From Octopus sinensis (lineage: Eukaryota): DNA of 64,000 nucleotides. Made by a program: the position numbers and the translations under genes. The stretch is from positions 17,236,001 to 17,300,000 of the forward strand of contig NC_043022.1 of assembly GCF_006345805.1 (NCBI RefSeq), given 5' to 3'. The notes under the pieces are model-generated. The model made no database searches, was not told the DNA's origin, and saw only the letters and a program-made list of their open reading frames with translations. Of this stretch, positions 52,758 to 64,000 are shown piece by piece; position 1 is the first letter of the stretch, and each line of letters opens with the position of its first letter.

Positions 52758-53865
52758 TGTGTCATACTTGTAAATATTGTCAGAAAGAATATCAAAAATT
52801 GTCCCGTAACACAGAGATGTAGATATAATGCAAAGGTATTTGGTAAATAACAGCCGTGAACTTGTTGCCAGGTTTATGAGGGGCCGCTATTAACCACGAT
52901 AGGCTTTAGGGGTCTCGCTCAGCTTCTGTCGGTTGAAGTCAGTTTCTGTGAGGCTCTGACGTTTTAGTGTAATGGATGCGACAGGTGCTGTTCCCTTTGT
53001 TTAGCACTTTGTCGTAAACTTTCCCATTTTATCCTTGCTATGTGAGTGAGCCCCTTGTTGTGGTGAAATATCTTTCAGGCTTGAAAGCTGGACTCGCACC
53101 CTGCTTTTAATCACATTGATGTGCCAGCCATTTGCAAGACCCGCATCTCCAGACGAATTCATTCGTGATCCTTTCGGTTATCGTCAGAGCTAACCTTGGG
53201 CTAAACGACAATAACCAGACGTAGGTGTAGAGAGAAATCTACATAGTGGTCGACCCACGAACGACGTCCGACACCATGGCTGTGACGTCTGTTAAGTAAC
53301 GTTTCGTTATTCGATTAGAATCCTTAAAGGTGGTGCCCCAGCATGGTCGCTGCCAAATGACTGAAACAAAAGCTAAATATGGTGACAAGGTTTTCAGTGC
53401 CCCAGTTCAATTAGGATCTTTCTCGGGACCTCCAGATTCTGAAGCTGTGATGGCCCAAAGGGCAATAGATACAGAAAAGAGAGGAAACCCTTGATGGCCC
53501 AGGATGGGATTCGATTTCCATCGAAATTTGAACCCAAAGCTTAGAGTAAATCCATTTAATCCGGCACTCTACCGGTTCTACAACTCCATCAATCCAAAAT
53601 GTAAAAATTATAGAATAGGTGTCGTACAGGAGAAGATGGTGTCGCTTCCTCGCTGACGAAGCTGCAACTAATTACTGCCGGGCGGAAGTTGCCGCATGTC
53701 TCGGCAGTAAAATGGATGAAATGGGCAGAGCACGACTGTGCTATGCCACGGCAACAAAATAGTTCATTCATATCTCACTACATATGCATTCCAACCGTGA
53801 CCATTCCGTAGTTTGTTTTTCAATCATAGGATACTGTAGACTACATCTTCATTTAATCCTTTAGT

Positions 53866-54215
53866 TGTTTGTCGTAAGACTGCGGTCATGCTGGGGCAAT
53901 ACCTTGAAGAATTTAAGTCGAATGAATCGACCTCAGGATTTATTTTCTATTGTTAAGCCTGGTCCTTAATTTTGCCGGTCTCTTTTGCTGAACCACTAAA
54001 TTACGGAGACGTATACAAACCAACACCGGTTGTCAGACGGTAGTGGTGCACACTCACACATACACACAATGGGATTCTTTCGTTTTCCGTCTAGCAAATC
54101 CACTCACAAGGCTTTGGTCGACCCGTGGCTAATGTAGTAGAGACTTGCTCAAGGTGCCACGCAGTGGGACTGAACCCAGAACCGTGTGGTTGGGAAGCAA
54201 ACTTCTAACCAAACT
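53866..54215 (-). mobile_element. SINE family A copy
   Basis: Reverse complement of tail and head. Confidence 0.75.
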
Positions 54216-54636
54216 GCCCACGGTATGATCCGACTGGTATTTACCTGCTATTTCTAGCATTTCAAGCAACCACACCGACGACGTTTTTCTCATAGATTCG
54301 GAAACTACTTCGCTTTAAATCAACTCTGATCCAGCAGACGTATGATAAGACTCTCCAACCGTGACAATACCGTCTGTTTTCTATTATTACCTCCTGATTA
54401 ATATACTCCAGAATCCCGTTGGTTAGTTTCTGATTTCAACACGAAATGGTTTAATTTTAGAGAGATTTGGCTGTTGTTTCTTGTAGTTTGAGTGACCACA
54501 CATGAGGTGAGGTCGCTGACCGTGAAGCACCCGGTTGTGTGTTTCGGGTGGCTCATGAGCTGTGGATCCGACTGACAATCTTCGCTTCACTTAAGTCGCT
54601 ACGGGGGACGAATGAAGGTGTGTGTGTGTGTGTGCG

Positions 54637-54671
<35 letters not shown>

Positions 54672-54730
54672 TAACGTATTTACATGTGGAAATGTGTTTG
54701 TGTTCGTTTGTGCATAATTCTAATAGCTAC

Positions 54731-54765
<35 letters not shown>

Positions 54766-57288
54766 GGCTGTGCGAAGATGTATGTGCATTAGTGTGTGTG
54801 TGTGTGTGTGTGCGCAGGCGTGTGTTGGTTTACGAGGGAGGACGGTCTAGTTAATGGAACATGTCTGGCTGTGCCAAATGGGAAATGGTGCGAGGAGAGG
54901 CAGCCGTGCGAGAAATCTCACCTCCAAACTGTGATCATTCCCCTTCACCTCTCCTGCTTTCTCTCTCTCTCTCTCTTTCCTCCCCTCTCGACCCACCCGG
55001 GTCTCACCCGGTCTACTACCCTCACCTTACCGGTTTGTAGTCAATTCTGGGAGGAGATATGGCGACCAGATTGCAAATAATAATAATAATAATGAAACAT
55101 AATGATGTCTGTTGTAAGCAAAATAGAATTAATATTAATTTAAAGCGAGCTGGGAGAATCGTTTGCATACCGGACAAAATGCTTAGCGACATTTTGTCCG
55201 TCTTTAGGTTCTGAGTTCAAATTCTACCGAGGTCGACTTTGCCTTTCATCCTTTTGGGGTCGATAAATTAAGTACCAGTTACGCACTGGGGTCAATGTAG
55301 CAATGGTAGTAGTAGTAGTAATGATAGCAAGCTTTGGCCGAAGGCGAGCTTTTCATGGGACGGTTAAATCTCGTGTATCACCCTCAATGCTTAACTCGTT
55401 CATAGTTAATCGACCCCGAAAATATGAAAGGCTAAATCGACAGCGACAGAATTTGAGCTCAAAACGTAATTAACCGGAAGAATTGTCGTTAAGCATTTTG
55501 TTCGACGCACCTTTCAGTAAATTTACTAAAGCCCAGCACCACCCATCATCTTTCTTGGAAAAGTGTAGTGTTTCTCCTCAACCTTTTCCCTTTCATCTGT
55601 TCTAAGAATAAGTCCTCAGCCCCAGTCACCCGACAGAGGATAATCTGCTGCTTTTTTCTGACGAAAAGGAAAGCGACGAATGTTTATGGAGAGACTTGGC
55701 TGATAACAGGACCCACCATGCATGCGGTAACTAGTTTCACATAACTTCAAAACGTGTGCTTGTGGCACGGTTTTCAAACTGTGCACGTCTTGAACAGATC
55801 CACTTGGCTGCACTTTCGTATTTCTAGGGTTAATTCTGAACCGACTGTTTCCCCTTGTAGCTCTACCGAAAGTTATCCATAGACTCTAGGATGAAAGATC
55901 ATGCGGGAAAGATGGCTCTATTCCTCCTCATCAGTATCCAGAATCTCCCCCAAGAACATCTTTGCTCACGCCATCCATTAATCCTTTATCGATAACCTTA
56001 CATTCCAGATGCCAGTCTTCCATTGACAAGGCATTGGTCGGTCTGAGACTATCGCAGAAGATACCTGGCCAAGGTGTCACGCAATGAGACTGAACTCGGA
56101 ACCACGTGGCTGCCAGTTTCTTAGCCACAAAACTATGCTTACACCTGTACAAGTGATTTATTTACACCCACACCCTCCTATCAACAGGGCGAAGAGATAA
56201 GTCACTGGCAATGTAGTAAGAGGGAGAAGTGAAAGCGTTTTAGTTATCGAAGTAGATTCTCGATTTATTGAAACTAGTTTCACTTTCAGAGAAGGTAAAA
56301 CAATCGCCGGGTGGCAGCTGAAAGGCAAACTCCGTCTGAGAAGGGGAAATCATCTCAAGAATTATATATAGGGGAAAATAATTTGAAGGAAGGTAAGAAA
56401 TATGGCACGCAAAAGAAAAGAAAAGAGAAAAAAACCAATCTATTCACAAATGGTGTTGGGAAACCACCATCTCGGTAGGATCAGGATACTCCCAGGACTT
56501 CGGACCACCCTTCGCTCTGACCATCTTCTACAAACTGAGTGCCCCTTAGTCGAGCCGTAAAACGACCCACATCTTTAGGCTCGTGATCCCACCGCTGACA
56601 GTTACATATTTCTTTCCACCTCATCCCTCTTAATCGCTTTCTCTCTCACTATCTTTCTCACCCTTTCTTCCTTTCCCTCTCTATATCTCACCATCTGCTT
56701 CCCCGACAGCATTCTTGATGGTTGTGTGTGCTATATGGACAGGGTTAAAACCCAAGCCGTGTCCTCTTGAAGCACATCTGCTTATTCCAGAATTCCAAAT
56801 CCGTGTGTAGATGCTATATGTGTGTGAGGTATGCATAAATTGGTTTGTGGAAGTTCTTCATGAAAACTCATTTCCCAGTCCCCTCCCCCTCGAAAGAAAA
56901 GCCCGAGTCTAATTGCATTAATACTGCCCTAAAAAGAATATAGGAGACAAGTAAGAGTGGCTCCTATTAGCAAATGAAACACTAGCAATGGCAGATGATA
57001 CAAAAAAATTCCAATCTCCTATTTTCATACATACATACATGAGCAAAATAAGCATAATTCACATAACACAAAATGGTGCTTAAACTGAATGGAACTTAAA
57101 CTCCAACTTCTCCTTCTAGGGACAGCACCTGTGCATCGAACGTTAGCTATATGAACAATCCCCGTCGAGCTAATATGGGGGTAGAAAGGCAGATGAGTAC
57201 AGGCAGACTTGAGCCGTATATTTACATGAAGCAAAAAATACAGATTAAAAAATGAAGAAAAAAGAAAACGAGGAGAATTATGTAAAGT

Positions 57289-57354
57289 CTTATCTCGACA
57301 GCTGTTTCAAGACGGCATTAACTTATCTCGACAGCTGTTTCGAGACGGCATTAA
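57289..57354. repeat. 33-bp tandem duplication with near-palindromic core
   Basis: cttatctcgacagctgtttc(a/g)agacggcattaa occurs twice. Confidence 0.9.
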
Positions 57355-57818
57355 CTTAACCATATTCATAAGTAATATGTGTTTGCGGTCTCTTCCACTC
57401 GGTGAGCTTCCTAACAGGGGCGTCTCTTACTTGTTCCCTGTCTTCTGCTTAACCAGCAGTGACTGGTTCAGTCTTTTTTTAGGGCCAGTATTAAAGCAAT
57501 TAAAGTCGGGCTTTCCTTTCGAGGTGGAGTGGTGGTGGTGGGAAATGAGTTTTCGTGAAGAACTTCCACAAACCAACCGACTAACCACCCAACCAGTTAG
57601 TCGACCCAACAATGACAGACAGACAGACATCCTAGCAATCAGCCAACCGACCAACCGGCCTGGCAGCTAGAGCAACCAGCAACACCGTGTGAATCGGCCC
57701 AAACAGGAGTGTTTGCGTATTTATTATGAGTTTATAATACATTATTCCTTTAGACACGCATCGCTGCTCTCCATAGACACAAGTCGAGATCGCTACAGTT
57801 GCTTTACTGTTGTTGTGT

Positions 57819-57849
<31 letters not shown>

Positions 57850-58411
57850 TACACATGTATGCATATGTCTGTTGCTCCTGCTATTTTACTGCTGTGTGTA
57901 TATGTGTTTGTATGTGTGTGTATATATATATATATACATACACACACAAAGACGTGTATAGGGGTATGTGTGAGGTGTGTATGTGTATATTTATATATAT
58001 AATATATATGGAGATATAGATATACACATACATAAAATTTATGGATTTTCATCGGTTTCGACGATGACTAATCTAATTGTTTCTCAACACATTGACATTA
58101 GTGGTTGAGTATCCTGTAGACACTTGTCCCCTTTACGTAAGTCTCTGTTTCAATTGGTGTGGCACTGTGACGCGGCAGTTATCCAAACAGTACACCCGGT
58201 GAGCTGACACAAATGGTTTGACGATGGAGGAGTCGACTCGAGATTTGAGCAGAAGAAACTTGCCTTAGCGACCAAGTTGTATACGAACCCCGGACCTTGA
58301 AATTACAGCGAACTTCTTCGCCAGTTGGCTGTTATCCTTTATGAAATGCTAATCCACGTGCTCTTTGTTAGTTTGCCTTTCTGCCGCTGTCATATTATGA
58401 GGCTGTGAAGA

Positions 58412-58800
58412 GGCGCTGGAGTGGCTGTGTGGTAAGTAGCTTGCTTACGAACCACATGGTTCCGGGTTCAGTCCCACTGCGTGGCACCTTGGGCAAGTGT
58501 TTTCTACTATAGCCTCGGGCCAACCAAAGCCTTGTGAGTGGATTTGGTAGACGGAAACTGAAAGAAGCCCCTCGTATATATATATATGTGTGTGTGTGTG
58601 TTTGTGTTTGTCCCCCCAACATCCCTTGACAACCAATGCTGGTGTGTTTACGTCCGCGTAACCGAGCAGTTCGGGAAAAGAGACCGATAGAATAAGTACT
58701 GGGCTTACAAAGAATAGGTCCTGGGGTCGATTTGCTCGACTAAAGGCGTTGCTCCAGCATGGCCACAGTCAAATGACTGAAACAAGTAAAAGAGTAAAAG
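58412..58800 (+). mobile_element. Best-preserved full-length SINE family A copy
   Basis: ggagtggctgtgtggtaagtagcttgcttacgaaccacatggttccgggttcagtcccactgcgtggcacc...(TA)(TG)n...gactgaaacaagtaaaagagtaaaag. Confidence 0.88.
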
Positions 58801-59170
58801 AAGTGTGCTGGAGACACACAGACAGACGCACGCGCGGTGTTCATTGTTTTCTTACAACGCTGTTTGAGACGACAATCGAACCATGGGGCCATGGGGCCAT
58901 GGGGCCATTGCAGTAGGACGACCGGTGAGATTTTCTTTTTTTTTTTATTGTGGATATTAATTACTCCGATCATCTGATCGAACTCTACCCCCACCCCTCT
59001 CTCTGCCCATCAGTCTGTCTGTCTGTCTGTCTGTCTGCTATAAAAACAATAGAGTCCCACTCGACCCTTCATAACCGAAGTTTAACCTACAAATGGTCTC
59101 AGTGATTAATTAAGTGTAATTATAAATAATTCGGGACGATGCCAAGGGAAGACATTCGATCCACGCCTTC

Positions 59171-59210
59171 TCCCCCCCCCACGTCACCTCTCCCCCCCCC
59201 ACGTCACCTC
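59171..59210. repeat. 20-bp tandem duplication containing CCACGTCA
   Basis: tcccccccccacgtcacctc occurs twice. Confidence 0.85.
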
Positions 59211-60346
59211 TCCGCCCCATACACAGCAATTATGGGAATGAAAAGTTGGTAATTCAGGAGGAAATCTTCTACGTTGCGAAGCAAATAACAGAAAGCACAA
59301 CAAGTCCGTTTAATCATGTCAAGCATCTTTCTTAATCCTCATCACTCATCACTCTTTCTCGGGTTTCTTCCTTCCCCAGCCCCCCTCATTTCGCATCTGA
59401 TCTCACCCAACTCAACCCCCCCTCCCCAAACTGATAGCCCCGACGCCGATACATTATTTATTCATAAAAGGGTTTCTAGTTGGCAGAATCGGCAGAGCAT
59501 CCGACACAGTATTTGGTTTGTATTTGGTGAAGTCCCTGCACGTTCTGAGTTCAAATCCGGTCTACGTGGATTTTTCCTTTTCGGCTTCCGAGGTCGATAA
59601 CCTAAATATCTTAGGATGTAACAGGGGGGGGGGGAGAAGAGGGTGTTGGATGACCGCAGCCCAAAGATGGAAACTGCTGACAACAAATGAACTTCGCCCA
59701 AAAGAAGGGGGGGGGGAAATCGGGTTGAAAGAACCCGGCTCTAAACCGGGAAAGAAAATCATAAAAGACGCAGCCGAGGCTGTGCTGTTGAGAAATTTAC
59801 TTACCAACCATACGGTTCCTGGTTCAATCCCTCGGCGTGACACCTTGGGCAAATGTTTTCTAATATAGCCTCGGGCCGAGCAAAACATTGTGAGTGGATT
59901 TTATAGATGGAAACTGGAGGAAGCCCTTTCTGTGTGTATGTGTGTGTGTGTGTGTGTGAAGGCGCGCGACCTAGTGGTTAGGGTGTGGTACTCATGATCT
60001 TAGTGATCATGGGTTCGATTCCCAGACCAGTAGCACATTGTATTCTTGAGCAAAACACTTCATTTCACACAGCTCCCTTCCATTCAGCTGTAAATGTGAC
60101 AAACTAGCTTTCTGATCAGGGTGAACGTTATCCTACCTACCCACCCAGTGGGGTGGCATCATTCAAACACTGATATCGGTAGCGGTCAGCCATTCACAAG
60201 GTCAAGGGAGGCCGAAATCACGTGATCAGGTTGTCCTGGCGGCGGCGATGGCAGTCTCCCGCAAACGATAACTATCTTCGTCACTATTGCAGTGTTCGGT
60301 GTTCGAACACGACAACCACTTTTAAGTGGGGGATATGTGTGTATAT

Positions 60347-60394
<48 letters not shown>

Positions 60395-60979
60395 ATATAC
60401 ATACATACACGTGTGTGTTATGTGTGTGTACCTTTGTCTTGACATCACGTGCTGGCTGTATATGAGCACCACCGTCATACAAGCTTTTTGTTTCCAGTCT
60501 TCTGTGAAAACATGTCTGGCCATGAGGGTTGGCAACGGAAGGGACGTCCGTCTGTACGAAATCTACCTCATCACATTCCATCTGACCCATGCAAGCATGG
60601 AAAAGCGGACGTTAAACGATGATCTGTTATTCTTCTAAAATTGTGTTGTCACCATTTGTGTTAATTACAAATATGAGAGTTATGTTTGTTATGCTAATTA
60701 CTTGGGTAAATATTTCCGTAATCAAATAAGCATTAAATTAATTATCGTTAATTAGAGACTGTTGAAAATTGCTATTTAGTTCCAAGTCAAGCTTTAATGG
60801 AGCAGAGATCAAAGGTATTCCAGCCGTGCCCTCGCTGTTTAGTGTATCTAGACTTACATTATTTAATGCGTCCCTCCCGTTTTTTAAACGATCGGTGTGT
60901 GATACAAGTAAGATTTGGCTGCCATTTCTAGCAGGTCGAAAGACAAGGGAAAAGGTTTCTGTATTGTTTAGTTTTTTTT

Positions 60980-61340
60980 TTTACTTGTTTCAGCCGGCCA
61001 TGCTGGGGCACCGCCTTGAGTTTTCGTTCGCATGGATCGACCCCAGTACTATTTCTTAAATACCTGGTACTTATTCTATCAGTCTCTTATGCTGAACCAC
61101 TAAGTTACGGGGACGTAAACACACCAACACAGGTTGTCAAGCAGTGGTAAGGGACAAACACACACACACACTCATATCTGTATGACGGGCTTCTTTCGGT
61201 TTCCATCTACCAAATGCATTCATAAGGCTTTGGTCAGCTCGAGGCTATAATAGAAGACGCTTGCCGAAGGTGCCATGTAGTAGGACTGAACTCGGAACCG
61301 TGCGCTTGGGAAGTAGACTTCTTACCACACGGCCACCCGC
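60980..61340 (-). mobile_element. SINE family A copy
   Basis: Reverse complement of the full element. Confidence 0.78.
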
Positions 61341-62985
61341 AACTTAGAATCGCTGTGTACGTTGTACCCATAAAAATATATACCCCTTTCCTTCCTGTGT
61401 ATCTCTGTACTATGTGCCTACCTTATTTTTGTCTTAAAAGTACACATGTACTTTTTTGAATTACCCACCTGTCTCTCCCTATTCCTGACATCTTGTTTCT
61501 GGGTACCATTTCTAAGCCTCTTCTCTTAGTCTTCTTCACACAGCGATGCACCCCTGTTTCTCCTGCTTCGAAGCTATGTTGTATCGAGTTCCTACCTTAA
61601 AAGCTAATCTTTCTACCGAGGTACTTTGTAGATGTCTACCCTCAGCCAACGAGGGGGGAAACCCAATTCTGCAATGTTATTTTTTTATTCTCTTGGTTTT
61701 AAATGTTTACACTTCTGTCTCCTTCAAAGTATTCTCCATTGGGCAACTGTGGAGAAATGTTGAGGGTTTTGATAAAAAAAAATAGCAGTGTCCTTTAGAT
61801 CCCCCACTCCCGCTTCTCAACTGGAGAATGTCGTGAGTGGAATGAGAGGGAGCATTGTAAGATGCTTAATGTTCAGTTTAAAAGTTTGTGATTGCGAGAA
61901 AAGATTAAAAATGCCGGTGAATGAGTTTCTGAGGAAGCCGGGTCCGCAGACGTAGGTGCAAAGGAACCCTATCTGCCAATGTGGCGGCACAGGACAGGTG
62001 GTATTTATTTCGGTTCTCTACGTTCTGAGTTCAAATGCCGCCGAGGTCGACTTTGCCTTTCATCCTTTCGGAGTCAAATAAAGTATGAAACAAGTATTTC
62101 GTTACCGTAATTGACCAACGGCTCCCCTCAAAAACCTTGGGTTTCAATTAGAAATCTTTAGTTTAAGACCCTTTCATGAATTTAGGGAGAATATGTCGAA
62201 ATACGCAGGCGTGGATGTGTGGCAAGAAGCTGAAAAGTACCTGTAAACTATTGGGGTCGGTTTCTATTCCTATAAGACGGCTCTGATGTGAATGGAATTT
62301 TGAATGTCTTCGGGGCTGTGGTCTCACCTAGCGATTACATCGATCCCCATTCCCCATCTCGTTCATATTTTATCGATCACCGACGGAGGAAAAACATAAA
62401 AACATTATCAGCATTTAATTTATTTTATTTTCTTTGTGTATTCAGAAACGTTTCTACATACATACACATGCACATACATACATGCATACATATATATATA
62501 CACTTTACCTTTAGGTTTGTGTTTTCACAGACCACCGAGACCAAGTCTTGCGGCTCGGCCTAACAAACATTGAACGTCTCTAAGATAAACACACATTATT
62601 TCTGAAAGTGTATGATAATGTTACAAGTGAGTGTGGTGACAAATTATATATATAAATATATATACATACATACACACACATATATACATACACATATATA
62701 CACACGTATGTATGTATATATAATATTGTTTTTGTTATTAGTTTTACTCTTCTTAAATAAATGTCATTGGAAAAAGAAAATACACGAAAAAAAACCCCAC
62801 AATAATTCTAAAAAGAAATAGAAAAAAATGTAATTTTGTTGGGATGACATGTCCCTTTCTTTGTCTGGTGATTGGGGGCCAACTCTGATAGAAGGGATCA
62901 CCCCCATGGATGTGTATCAATACTGACTTCTAACTTGGGCAAAAAGGTCAAACATTGGTACGGAGACACACACACATATATATGG

Positions 62986-63030
<45 letters not shown>

Positions 63031-64000
63031 CACACACGCACACGTATATATTATATGTATATAATGTATATATTATATATGTGTGAGTGTACATATATAC
63101 ATATACGTATTATGTGTGTGTGTGTGTGTTGTATTGTGATATATTCATCTTTATTTCTGCCTGTGCTGTTCGTGGATTCCTTCCTTTGACAAGGGGTTAA
63201 AAGTGGGTCCTTCGTTGAACCCTTTACCACTTCTTGTGAAGAAAGAGACGAAGTGAGTGGGCTTCCATCCCGCTTCATATGAACCTCACCGTCCCTGAAA
63301 TCGGTATTACTTCATGTGTTTAAGCAGCGATGAATCAGGGGCCCTATCCAAGGTACTAGTTCAGAAAGGTTTGTTATCCGGCGATAAACCGTGGCCCTAT
63401 CCAGATTGAAATAATGAAACTAGAGCTGGACGTTAGCGGTGAATTCTCGATCGTCAAAGTGGAACCCTGCTTGGCTTTCTATAACAATAGTTTCGTTACT
63501 TTTGAATGAGAGCCGAGGCATTTGCCTGAAGCAGGCTTGTTCGGTTTCGTGCCTCCACAACTGGAGTAGCGCTGCAATGTTTTCCCGTTTCACAGAAACC
63601 AACATCGAACTCTTTAAAGACTGAAAACACTGACCCATTGTCCATTCAGCGGCTCTAATGGTTTTCATGTAAACTTGTAGACTATCGTGGGACTCGTGAG
63701 TTTAGGGGCTCCTGTTACTAACACTACTGCTGCAGCTGCTGGTGCTGTTGTCAATAACAATAAGTCATTAACGGAGGTTGATTAAACATTTTAAAAAGGG
63801 CTTTAGCTCTGGAGTAAATGTCATCAGAATTGTAGGTTGACACCATAATAGGTTCGTCTTACCCAATGATATACCGGGGTCAATCCAGACGATTACACAA
63901 CAGCATTTTAATGTTCCCGGGCAAAATATATTATTACATACCAGTTGAATACTGGGGTCGATATAATCAACTTTCCCCATTCCTCAAATTGCTGGCCTTA

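Noticed and set aside
63420-63668. 82-aa minus-strand ORF in non-repetitive sequence
   Set aside because: No recognisable motif or convincing exon boundaries; could be a chance ORF.

Overview
Eukaryotic, AT-rich, repeat-saturated genomic DNA. The SINE/LINE families and the (TA)n/(CA)n load look like an octopus (coleoid cephalopod) genome; this is inferred from repeat style, not from a search. Only one host gene is supportable: a minus-strand gene with two coding exons (24964-24221 and 18261-17956, phase-0 GT-AG intron) encoding a 349-aa FAM83/DUF1669-type protein. Unlike vertebrate FAM83 pseudo-PLDs, it keeps a full Nuc/Zucchini-type catalytic set (HxKxxxxD-x6-GSxN-x10-E). Just downstream of its stop codon are two long fold-back elements. 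One (17251-17481) carries a minimal type-I hammerhead-like motif in each arm and supplies the first canonical AATAAA after the stop. The rest is mostly transposon debris: three Tc1/mariner copies (two nearly full length with TIRs), RTE, Tx1/L1-like, R4/Dong-like and Penelope-like remnants, at least three tRNA-headed SINE families, hAT-like and MITE-like elements, minisatellites and a ~5-kb (TA)/(CATA) array. Most entries in the ORF track are microsatellite translations. Repeat boundaries were read by eye and are approximate unless TIRs or splice sites are quoted.
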